A stretch of DNA of 64,000 nucleotides from Gemmatimonadota bacterium (GTDB lineage Bacteria > Latescibacterota > UBA2968): the NCBI GenBank assembly GCA_002727195.1, contig PBWH01000005.1, positions 529,285 through 593,284 on the forward strand. The letters run 5' to 3'. The translations under genes and the position numbers were made by a program. This document shows positions 45,697 to 55,000 of this stretch, piece after piece; the stretch's first letter is position 1; the number at the start of each line of letters is the position of its first letter. Under the pieces are notes generated by a model. The model was given only the letters and a program-made list of their open reading frames with translations, was not told the DNA's origin and did not search any database.

Positions 45697-48600
45697 ATGT
45701 GCACCAACTGGGCACGTCGCCTGAACAGTTTGTATCGGCAGGGTCTGGCCGCCTTTGTCCTGGCGTTCACAGCAGTTGTTGGAGAGGCGGAAGCACAAGG
45801 ATTTCCTGTCCAATTGTTAGGAGCTGCTAGGGCCTCAGCTGACGTCCAGCTGAATTCTGGCGATCGGACGCTTTCAGACACGAGGACGATCGAGGCCAAG
45901 GTTGGAGACACGGTCGTGATCGAGTACTTCGTCACGCGGTGGGACGGGCTTCAGGGCCTCAATGCTCAGTTCACCTTCAGCGATATCTCGATGCTTAGCG
46001 GAGAACCGAAACTCAGCGCCGGAGCACCCTTCTCGACCCCAATTCCCACTTTGTCCGGCAACACATTTGCGACAAACCAGGTTTCGTTCAGCGGGCCTGG
46101 GTCTGAACCCCTAGACGGATCCTTGAAGTATATGGGTCACATGACCATCGAGCTTTCGGGGTTGTTCACGAGCCTGACCGTCACCTTCGACCAAGTAACC
46201 CTTGGAGAAAAGGTCCTCCAGGTTGGGACCGAGCTGATCATCGCCGACCCTAGTGCTCTTCCCAAAACATTCGGGGCAGACCTGAATAAGGACTACGGGA
46301 ACCAGCGCGTTCTGGATGGTCGCGCGAACCCAGGGGGCCGGTTCGGCGTCCAGACCTTTGCCGGTGGCCTGAGCGATGTCGACGAGGTCGAAATTCGAGT
46401 CGAGGTCGACCCGACACAGATCGATGGTGCGGCGACTGGTTTCATCCCCAGCGAGCACTTCACAGTCGTCCCGCAGGAAGCCGGTGGCCTACCCCCGGGA
46501 AGAGGATCCAGCCTTGAGAATGTCTATGTCGACATTCAGAGAGCAGGAGACAATAACCATACACCTGGTGGGTGGACTATCGAACAACGGGGCGGGTCCA
46601 GTGTTGCAATCGAGATCTTCGCATCGGGCTACGAGGGCGCAAACGGCGCCACCGCCAAGTTCCGAGTGAGCGATCCATCGGCGATCGCAGGTCTCGAACA
46701 CACGGGATCGCCACACTTCAGCATCGCCTCCCTCGGACCACCGGAGTTGGAGGGCAATATCCTGACTACCAACGTTGGGAATCTCGCCGCACCCAATGAC
46801 GCCCCCTTCCAGCTGGTCAACACATTGATCCTCCAGCTTGCGCCCGATTTCAATGGCCTGGTGCTTGAACTGATCGAAGTCGAATTCCCGCCCTCCAGCC
46901 TCTTCGGCAACCCGAATGCCGTCCTGACCGTGACGCCCCCGGGTGGCGTGAAAGGCTCCCTTGTTGGCTTCAGCGGCAACAATATCACGTTACGATTGGC
47001 CGCTCAGATGCCCGTCAGCGGGAACGTGGGACTTGGGGCTTTCGTCTTTAAGACGACCCCCGAGTTTGAGCAGGCCAACCTGACCTTCCGTCAGGTGACC
47101 TTCATTGCCGGAGAGACGACAGCAGGCCTCGAGCCGGACCTGACGGTCTCCTTACGGTCGAACCTGAGCAACGCGCCTACGGTCAGCGAGCCCCCGGTCA
47201 TCACGTCTGTTACTGACACACGGGCTCAGATTCGCTGGGCCACGAACCGAGCGGGTACTGGTAAGGTGCTTTATGGAACCAGCCCGGGGAATCTCGACCA
47301 GGAAGCAATCGTGTCTCAATTGGGACGCGTCCATCAGGTCGCTATCACCGGACTGACTGCCGGAACTCGCTATTTCCTCAAAGTTACCACGACGGACATC
47401 AAAGGGAACGAGTCTAATGCCTTCCCTGAGCGCCCGCTCATTCTGGTGACCCGCCGCAAGCCAGACACTGCGCCACCAAGAGTGGTGCGCGGTCCGGCCG
47501 CGGTCGGTATCACCCGCGAGGCTGCCAACATCCTGGTAGAGCTGGATGAAGCAGCGACCGTGGACGTCCTTTATGGCAACTCGGATACGAATCTCGATCA
47601 AACAATAAGCAGTACGGAAGAGAAGCGTCTGCACGAGCTCAAACTCGCCGGACTGACGCCAGGCGCCACCGTCTTCTTCAAGGCACGGGCGACCGATCAG
47701 GCCGGGAACGTTCGCGAGACAGCTAAAATCCGTCAGTTCACGCTCCGGTCTGTAGCCGACGCATCTGCTCCGCTTATCGTAGGACGCCCCACGATTCTAG
47801 GCGCCACGTTCAACGCTGCGGTGATCCGCTGGTTGACGACCGAGCCCAGTTCCAGCCTAGTCCGTTTCGGGTTCGAAGGGGAGTTCTCGGACTCTTCGGA
47901 ATCCAGCGAACTGGTGAACGAGCATACGATCGCTCTGTCGAACCTTTTGGCTGACACTCTCTACTCTTATCAGGTTGAGTCTGTGGACGCCTCGGGTAAC
48001 GAGATCACCAGCCCCACCTTCACATTCCGCACGCGTGCTGGCGAAGACACGATTCCGCCGCGCATCACACGCCCGCCGGTGGTTGCACGGCAAAGTGAAT
48101 CTGAAGCAGTAATCGTGTTCGAAACCAACGAGCCGGCAACGGTTACGCTCCAGGTGGATACCGATATCGCGGTCGCATCTGACACCACCGGCATCCTCGG
48201 CGACACCTATTCCACGACGGATGCCACAAAGCGACAAGAAGTTTTGATCACCAACCTAGACGCAGCGACGGAGTATTTCTACCGCATTGCCGTCACAGAC
48301 TTGACAGGAAACGGTCCGACATATAACCGCGGCCAAAAATCGTTCGTTACACGGCTTGCGGCAGATACCGTAGCGCCGATTTTGGTCAGGCGCCCTGTCG
48401 CACTCGGGATCTCAAAAGAGGGTGCGAGCATCAACTGGAAGGCAGACGAACCGCACTCGGCAATCATTCGTTACCGCGCGGCTGCCGCGAAAAAGCAGTC
48501 GGCTGGTGATTACGATGAGTTCGTTGAGGATCTCGACTTGTCTCGCAAGCACGCGGTCCCTATTTCCGGACTGCAGGCAGGTACACGCTACGAGTATGAG

Positions 48601-51600
48601 GTCGAGACGATCGACGCAGAGGGGAACTCCAGCACCACGACAAACCTCTCCTTCGTCACCCGACGCGGTGCCGACACAGACGCACCGACCATTGTACGTG
48701 GCCCGCTCGTCACGAACATCACAGCCAGTTCAGCCACAGTCCGGTGGGAGACTGATGAACCTTCAGATACTCGCGTAAGTTGGGGGTCGTCTATCGATTA
48801 CGGTGAGACGATCGAAAAGGCCGAAGGTGTTCGTTTCCACTCGGTCACACTGACAGACCTCGATGCCGGTACCGAGTATCACTATGCCGTAGGCTCTGCC
48901 GACCTCGCGGGTAACGCGGTCACGACAGATGCGAACGGGACCGTCGTCGGGTTGAGTGAGGACCATACCTTCCGGACCCGCTCGACCGAGGACGAGTCAC
49001 CCCCGGTGATCACAGAGGGTCCGCTCGCAGAAATCAAGAACACCCTTGTAATCCTGAAATGGAAAACGGACGAACTCTCCACCTCACGCGTCACAATCGG
49101 TGTTAAACCAGGATCCGATGATGCCGCCGTGGAAGGGACTCCGGTCTTCGGTGAGAATTCGCAGATCGTATTCGACGACAACGACCTAACTCGGAAACAC
49201 ATCGTGACCGTGACCGGACTGAAACCGGGACTGGGCTACCTCTTCCAAGTTAGTTCAACCGATGCAGCGGGGAATACGGTGAAGGGCACGGACCCAACGG
49301 TGAATAAGAAGATCCAGCCGCCAGGAGGGTTCGGCAGCTTCACGACCACGACCGAAGCGGACACGCAGTTCCCGGTGATCACCGGGGGTCCTACAATCGT
49401 AGCCTCCACATCCAGCAGCCTCACGATCGAGTGGGAGACCGATGAAAGTGCGAACGGCACGATCGATTTCGGTACGGCCTCCGACGCGCTTGAGGAACAG
49501 GAAGTCACCGGAGCAAACGATACATCGCACCGCCTAACTCTCACCAAGCTGGCTGCGGGAACGACCTACTCTTACCAGATCGGATCGACGGACGCGTCGG
49601 GGAATGGAGCCACCAAGAGTGCGGTGGTCTCAGGCACGACAGCGGCTTCCGAGGATCTGACCGCACCGGTGATCAACGGAACGCCGTCGGTCATCTACGT
49701 CAACGATCGCCAGGCGACGATCAGTTGGGGAACTAACGAAGCAGCGGACTCCGAGGTCGCATTCGGAACTTCGGCAGAAGAGCTGCTCGAAACACGGAAC
49801 GACTCGGAGTTCAACACGAATCACAGTATCACACTTACGAACCTGAGCGCCGGAACGACGTACTACTACACGGTCAACTCGACCGATCAGAGCAACAACG
49901 GTCCGGCGACCAGTTCCGTTCAGGAGTTCACGACCGAATCGGCGCCGGATACGACGCCGCCGGTCTCGTCAGACATCTCCTCGGCCACAACTTCGACCGA
50001 GGCCCTGATCACCTGGAATACCGACGAGCTGTCCGACAGCGCGGTTCGCTACGGCACGACATCGGGAAGCCTCGACTTCAACACAGGCGACTCGGAAGAC
50101 GTGACGGACCACGCGATTACGCTCACCAACCTGACGCCTGCGACGACATACTCCTTCACGGTGGAGTCGATCGACCGAGCGGGTAACCAGGGTGCGGCGA
50201 GTTCCGAGCTCCAATTCACTACGCTGGCCGATGGTGCGTCACCGACGCTCGCAGCCCCCACTGGTGTGGCGGCGACAGCCGGTAACGCTGCGGTCCAGTT
50301 GAGCTGGACGGCCAGCAGTTCCGGTGGTGTGGTCGGTGTGGTGGTGGAGCGCTCAGCCGATAGTGGTGACTTCGCATCCATTGCCACATTGGACAACGTG
50401 ACCACCTACACGGACAACAACGTGGTCAACGGAACGAGCTACAGCTACCGCATCAGCGCGCTGGGACTCAACCAGTCTCAGGGCGATCCATCGACGGCGT
50501 CTGAAGCGGTGACGCCTGCCGCCGGTATCGGGCCCTCGGCTCCGACCCTCGCGATCAAGCAGGGCAACCCGCTCCAGCCGACGTTCGTGATCAATAACAG
50601 CACGCCGCTGAACGATGGTGACGTGCTGAACTACACGTTCCAGCTTTCATCGTCGTCTGACTTCTCCGACGCCCTCAGCCTCGATTCCGGTCTGGGTGAA
50701 GGCGCGGGAACCGGCGTGTCGGATCCGAGCGGAGTCACCGCCTGGACCGTCAGCCGTGAACTGGATGACGGGGTCACCTATCACTACCGGGTCAAGGCCA
50801 GCGACGGCACGTTCGACAGCGACTTCCTGACCGGGTCGTTCACGGTCAACGCCGCCGATCAGCCATTCCCTGGTGATCTGGACAGCGACTTCAATGTCGG
50901 GTTCGGTGACTTCCTGACCTTGATCGCTACGTTCAACTTGAGCTCGGGTAGCGACGGGTTCAACGCCGACGCGGACTTCGACGGAAGCGGTGCAGTCGAC
51001 TTTACAGACTTCCTGTCCTTCGTCGGGGTCTTCGGTAAGCAGTACGTCCAGGGCGACGGCGCCTCGTCCAAACCGGTCGTCATCACCAACGCCTACGGGA
51101 CGGACACCACGACCCGTCTGGAGCTGGTGGGGCGTCCGACATCCAGCGAAGAGGGTGGCGTGCTGATCGTCGAGGTGATGGCGAAGGATGCCGAGAAGAT
51201 GATGGGTACGGGACTCCGCCTGAGCTACGACACGGACGCGCTCGAGTTCGTCGACGCCTACCAGGGCAATAATGGATTGTTCAGCAAGGATGAGCGGAAG
51301 GCCGAGATCTTCGCCACACTCGAACACGACGCCACAGCCGGTGAACTGTTCGTGGCGGGCGCGATCACCGAAGGTGGTGCGGTGTCAGGTGACGGCGTCG
51401 TTTCGCGTCTGCGGTTCGTCCTCAAGACGGACCATCCGCAGGGCGACCTGATCTCGCTGAACGAGGGCCTGATCATCGACGGTGACCTCGTCGCCAACGT
51501 CGCTCAGAACCTGGGTGACCGTCTGGCGCTGGTCCCGGAGGACTTCACGCTGGGTCACAACTTCCCGAACCCGTTCAACCCGGAAACGACGATCCGCTAC

Positions 51601-51828
51601 GCAATTCCGGAAGCGGCTCAGGTCCGGTTGGTGGTCTACAACATCCTCGGACAGGAAGTTGTCAGGCTCGTTGATCGGGATCAGGTGCCCGGATTCTACG
51701 CACTGCGCTGGGACGGGAAGGATTCGTTCGGGCGTGGCGTGGCAAGCGGCGTGTATCTCTACAAGATCCACGCGGTGGGCGAGACGCGACGCTTCGCGCA
51801 GGTCCATAAGATGTTGCTGCTGAAGTAA
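45697..51828 (+). CDS. Giant secreted surface protein: cohesin-like modules, 10 tandem Fn3-like modules, Fn3, dockerin-like segment, cohesin-like module, T9SS-type C-terminal sorting domain
   Basis: The ATG at 45697 is preceded by GGAGG and yields a signal peptide (MCTNWARRLNSLYRQGLAAFVLAFTAVVGEAEAQ). The protein is about 2043 aa. The domain calls come from motifs listed in the sub-features. The GTG-start extension in the track (45514) is not hydrophobic or signal-like and is rejected. Confidence 0.85.
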   Translation: MCTNWARRLNSLYRQGLAAFVLAFTAVVGEAEAQGFPVQLLGAARASADVQLNSGDRTLSDTRTIEAKVGDTVVIEYFVTRWDGLQGLNAQFTFSDISMLSGEPKLSAGAPFSTPIPTLSGNTFATNQVSFSGPGSEPLDGSLKYMGHMTIELSGLFTSLTVTFDQVTLGEKVLQVGTELIIADPSALPKTFGADLNKDYGNQRVLDGRANPGGRFGVQTFAGGLSDVDEVEIRVEVDPTQIDGAATGFIPSEHFTVVPQEAGGLPPGRGSSLENVYVDIQRAGDNNHTPGGWTIEQRGGSSVAIEIFASGYEGANGATAKFRVSDPSAIAGLEHTGSPHFSIASLGPPELEGNILTTNVGNLAAPNDAPFQLVNTLILQLAPDFNGLVLELIEVEFPPSSLFGNPNAVLTVTPPGGVKGSLVGFSGNNITLRLAAQMPVSGNVGLGAFVFKTTPEFEQANLTFRQVTFIAGETTAGLEPDLTVSLRSNLSNAPTVSEPPVITSVTDTRAQIRWATNRAGTGKVLYGTSPGNLDQEAIVSQLGRVHQVAITGLTAGTRYFLKVTTTDIKGNESNAFPERPLILVTRRKPDTAPPRVVRGPAAVGITREAANILVELDEAATVDVLYGNSDTNLDQTISSTEEKRLHELKLAGLTPGATVFFKARATDQAGNVRETAKIRQFTLRSVADASAPLIVGRPTILGATFNAAVIRWLTTEPSSSLVRFGFEGEFSDSSESSELVNEHTIALSNLLADTLYSYQVESVDASGNEITSPTFTFRTRAGEDTIPPRITRPPVVARQSESEAVIVFETNEPATVTLQVDTDIAVASDTTGILGDTYSTTDATKRQEVLITNLDAATEYFYRIAVTDLTGNGPTYNRGQKSFVTRLAADTVAPILVRRPVALGISKEGASINWKADEPHSAIIRYRAAAAKKQSAGDYDEFVEDLDLSRKHAVPISGLQAGTRYEYEVETIDAEGNSSTTTNLSFVTRRGADTDAPTIVRGPLVTNITASSATVRWETDEPSDTRVSWGSSIDYGETIEKAEGVRFHSVTLTDLDAGTEYHYAVGSADLAGNAVTTDANGTVVGLSEDHTFRTRSTEDESPPVITEGPLAEIKNTLVILKWKTDELSTSRVTIGVKPGSDDAAVEGTPVFGENSQIVFDDNDLTRKHIVTVTGLKPGLGYLFQVSSTDAAGNTVKGTDPTVNKKIQPPGGFGSFTTTTEADTQFPVITGGPTIVASTSSSLTIEWETDESANGTIDFGTASDALEEQEVTGANDTSHRLTLTKLAAGTTYSYQIGSTDASGNGATKSAVVSGTTAASEDLTAPVINGTPSVIYVNDRQATISWGTNEAADSEVAFGTSAEELLETRNDSEFNTNHSITLTNLSAGTTYYYTVNSTDQSNNGPATSSVQEFTTESAPDTTPPVSSDISSATTSTEALITWNTDELSDSAVRYGTTSGSLDFNTGDSEDVTDHAITLTNLTPATTYSFTVESIDRAGNQGAASSELQFTTLADGASPTLAAPTGVAATAGNAAVQLSWTASSSGGVVGVVVERSADSGDFASIATLDNVTTYTDNNVVNGTSYSYRISALGLNQSQGDPSTASEAVTPAAGIGPSAPTLAIKQGNPLQPTFVINNSTPLNDGDVLNYTFQLSSSSDFSDALSLDSGLGEGAGTGVSDPSGVTAWTVSRELDDGVTYHYRVKASDGTFDSDFLTGSFTVNAADQPFPGDLDSDFNVGFGDFLTLIATFNLSSGSDGFNADADFDGSGAVDFTDFLSFVGVFGKQYVQGDGASSKPVVITNAYGTDTTTRLELVGRPTSSEEGGVLIVEVMAKDAEKMMGTGLRLSYDTDALEFVDAYQGNNGLFSKDERKAEIFATLEHDATAGELFVAGAITEGGAVSGDGVVSRLRFVLKTDHPQGDLISLNEGLIIDGDLVANVAQNLGDRLALVPEDFTLGHNFPNPFNPETTIRYAIPEAAQVRLVVYNILGQEVVRLVDRDQVPGFYALRWDGKDSFGRGVASGVYLYKIHAVGETRRFAQVHKMLLLK
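47167..50230 (+). repeat. Array of ten tandem ~100-aa Fn3-like modules (coding repeat)
   Basis: Each unit follows the pattern DTxAPxIxxGPxxxxxTxxxAxIxWxTxEPSxSxVxYG......H.v.LtgLxxgTxYxYxvxSxDxxGN....xFxT. The units are diverged at DNA level, and no near-identical copies are seen. Confidence 0.8.
50872..51045 (+). other. Dockerin-like duplicated Ca-binding segment
   Basis: GDLDSDFNVGFGDFLTLIATF plus DADFDGSGAVDFTDFLSFVGVFG form two EF-hand-like D-x-D-x-D loops, each followed by a helix. This is the dockerin type-I pattern. Confidence 0.6.
51109..51483 (+). other. Cohesin-like beta-sandwich module
   Basis: The layout GGVLIVEVMAKDAEKMMGTGLRLSYDTDALEFVDAYQG...GELFVAGAI...GDGVVSRLRFVLK matches the cohesin pattern (v.v.v.a..v..l.g....l.YD...L.f). 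Similar modules appear in the N-terminal ~480 aa (for example AKVGDTVVIEYFVTRWDGLQGLNAQFTFSD). Confidence 0.5.
51541..51825 (+). other. T9SS-type (Por secretion) C-terminal sorting domain
   Basis: LGHNFPNPFNPETTIRYAIPEAAQVRLVVYNILGQEVVRLV...GFYALRWDGKDSFGRGVASGVYLYKIHAVGETRRFAQVHKMLLLK closely follows the TIGR04183-type CTD consensus as I recall it. Confidence 0.8.
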
Positions 51829-51852
51829 CCGCGAAGCACGGAGGTAGACGAG

Positions 51853-51890
51853 AGCCGGTCGGGAAATATTCCCGGCCGGCTTTCTTTTTT
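51853..51890 (+). terminator. Rho-independent terminator after the giant gene
   Basis: gccggtcggg aaatatt cccggccggc forms a 10-bp GC-rich stem with one G-U or mismatch, followed by tttctttttt. Confidence 0.75.
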
Positions 51891-51958
51891 GCCCTGCTTT
51901 GGTGGCGGGATTGGTGAGCGAACTCACACGTCTTGCCTTTGCATCTCCTTATATTCGC

Positions 51959-51987
51959 TTGACTTCGGAACGAGACACCCATAAAAT
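51959..51987 (+). promoter_or_regulatory. Putative sigma70-type promoter for the FG-GAP / barrel-TGase operon
   Basis: TTGACT (51959-51964), a 17-nt spacer, then TAAAAT (51982-51987), about 58 nt upstream of the ATG at 52046. Confidence 0.5.
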
Positions 51988-52045
51988 TCCGACGCCTGTA
52001 TCGGGCAAGTTTGAGACTGACACTTCCCTTAAGTCGTCGAGGCGC

Positions 52046-55000
52046 ATGACCCTCTTTCCTCCAGCCGGGATCCGACGCACGACTGCGCTCGCTCCCCTCC
52101 TGGCTTCATTCCTGATCGCCGTCTTTGCCGCGCCGGCTCGTGGTCAGACACTGGCCGCATCGCAGCAATTGACCGGCGTTTGGGGTGCATCCACTACGTG
52201 GGCGGATGTCGATGGGGACGGGGATGCCGACCTGCTCCTGACCGGCCTCACCGGTCCTGACGACAACTGTGAACCCGTTAGCCAGCTATATAGAAATGAC
52301 AGCGGTACGCTCGTCGAGCAGGCGACCAGTCTGCCCGGTATCCACCTGGGCGCGGTCGCCTTCGGCGACTACGACGGGGACGGCGACCTGGATCTGGCCC
52401 TGTCCGGAGCAACATCTGACGGGTCAGGAATCCTCACCCTCTACCGGAACAACGGTGGTTCTTTCTCCGAAGACATCAGCCAGTCTGGCCTGCTGTCAGA
52501 GACGCTCCGATATAGCACGCTCGCCTGGGGAGATTATGATGGCGACGGCGACACGGACCTGCTCGCTTCGGGTATGAATGCCGCCGGCAACGCCCGGACG
52601 GTCCTGTTCAACAATGGACGTATCAACGCGGATCGTGTGGGCAGTCCTCTTGGTGGATCCCCGATTCTCACCGAAGACATCCCCAACTCGGAACGAATGA
52701 TCAACCTCAGTCAGGGCAACGCGGCGTGGGGAGACCTGGACGGCGATGGAGACCTGGATCTGGCCGCCACGGGGTATGGCACCGACGGTGGACGCCAGGC
52801 CGCACTCTACATCAATGACCCGCTGGGAACCCTGACGCTGGATACCCGGAACGGCCAGTTGCCGCCACTGTCAGGTGGGGACATCGCCTGGGCGGACTAC
52901 GACGCTGATGGGGACCTGGATCTCGTGCTTTCGGGCTGGAACACCAATTGGGAGGCCACCTTCCAGATCTACACCAACGCTGCCGGAATCCTGAGGGAGG
53001 ACCTCTCTTTCAGCTCCCGGCGCATCGTGGGATCCCTGGCCTGGGGCGACTTCGACAACGATGGCGACCTCGACCTCGCCGCCTCAGGGCAGACGAACGT
53101 ATCCGAGCGACTTTCCTTCATCCTCGTAAATGAGCCTGTGGGGACGCTGACCGAAGACAACGGCCAATCCCTGGCGGGCGCGCGCGGCGGAGATCTCGCC
53201 TGGGCCGACGTCGATGCCGATGGGCACCTCGACCTGGTCATTGCGGGCGAAGTCGATGGCGAGGGACGCGAGACGACCGTCTACCGAAGCCAGGGCGGAT
53301 CCGTCACGAATTCGGTTCCACGGCCTCCGGACCGGCTCGGGAGTCCCTTCGTCACCAGCCTGGGCGTCGCGCTCGACTGGAACGACGGGACGGATGCCGA
53401 GTCCGCATCGACGGCGTTGACCTACAACCTCCGTATCGGCACCTCGCCGGGCGGAAACGACGTGTTCGCTGGATCGGTTCCGGTGGGGACGGGGAACGTC
53501 GGCTCCGCCAAAACGATCAGACTGGCCATACCGCTTGCTCGCGATACCTACTACTGGTCGGTACAGGCCGTAGACCCCGGATATGCCGTCTCGGCTGAGA
53601 GCCAGGAAGAGATCTTCCGCGTTCAGGATCTGGTCAGCTCCGTGCAGAATCTCCGTCCGCTTCGGGAGTCGGGATTCGAGTGGGGAGACTATGACAATGA
53701 CGGCGACCCGGACCTGGTGCTGTTCGGCCGGGACATCGACGGACGCGGCCGGTCGATCCTCTACCGCAACGACGGCGGGATCCTGACCGAGAACGCGAGC
53801 GTCGTGCTCCAGGGCATGCTGAACGGCGATGCGTCCTGGGGTGACTATGACAATGATGGAGACCTCGACCTGGCTCTGGTTGGTCAGGATGCGGGGGAGA
53901 ACCCCTACAGCCACCTCTACCGGAACCGGCTCGAGCTGGGAGACTTCGCGCTGAACATCGCGAACGTCCAGGCACTCGACCAGGTACGGTCCAGCGACGT
54001 GGACTGGGGGGACTACGACAACGATGGGGACCTCGACCTCGCGCTGATGGGACAGGTCATCGGGTCCAGAGTCACCAAGGTCTACCGGAACGACGACGGA
54101 ACGTTCGTCGAAGCCGTCTCGTTGACAGGTGTGGACAACGGAGACCTCGGGTGGGGCGACTACGACGACGACGGAGACCTCGACCTCGCCGTCATCGGTC
54201 AGACCTCCAACGCGTTCGAATCAACCTTGACCGTCTACCGCAACGACCCGGTCGGAACGCTCACCGAAGATACACGGTCTGCCCTATCCGGAGCATTTGC
54301 CGCTGCATTGGCGTGGGGTGACTACGACAGCGATGGCGATCTCGATCTCGGTGTTTCCGGCTTTGACCCGCAGGTTGGTCGGATCACGCGCGTCTACGAA
54401 AACGATGGAACGGGAATCCTTACCGACAGCGGGCAATCTGTTACAGGCGCGGCCGCTTCGGATCTCGATTGGGGCGACTTCGACAACGATGGCGATCTCG
54501 ATCTGGCCGTTCTGGGCAACACGGATGCGGGCCCGATCCTCGAGCTCTACCGAAACGACAACGGCGTCCTGGAAGAAGTGCCGATCGACATCCTTCGCGG
54601 CGTTGACTTCGGATCGCTCGGATGGGCGGACATCGACTCCGACGGTGACCTCGACTTGCTGAGCACCGGCCGCGCATCGGACGACGGCGTGAACTTCACG
54701 CTGACCTCCAGCGCGAACGACAACCTCGAATCTCGCTTCAACCCGAACGCGGCACCGATCCCGCCGGATGGGCTGACCTCCTCTACGGACGGAGCCGATA
54801 TCCAGCTGTCCTGGATGCAGGGGTCGGACGACGGCACATCACCAACGCCCACCGGTGCCCTCACATACGAAATCCGAGTGGGGGACAGCCCTGCGTCGAA
54901 CAATATCCGTTCTGGAGCGGGATCCGTCGAGTTCGGCGCGATCCGAACGACCAGCCTGGTGTTGAGAAACCTGCCGAGCGGGAGCTACAACTGGTCGGCC

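Noticed and set aside
47167-50230. Regular ~300-nt periodicity as a CRISPR array or satellite.
   Set aside because: The period is far too long and the units are diverged. The region lies within one long open reading frame that encodes Fn3-like modules. No short direct repeats with unique spacers occur anywhere in the window.
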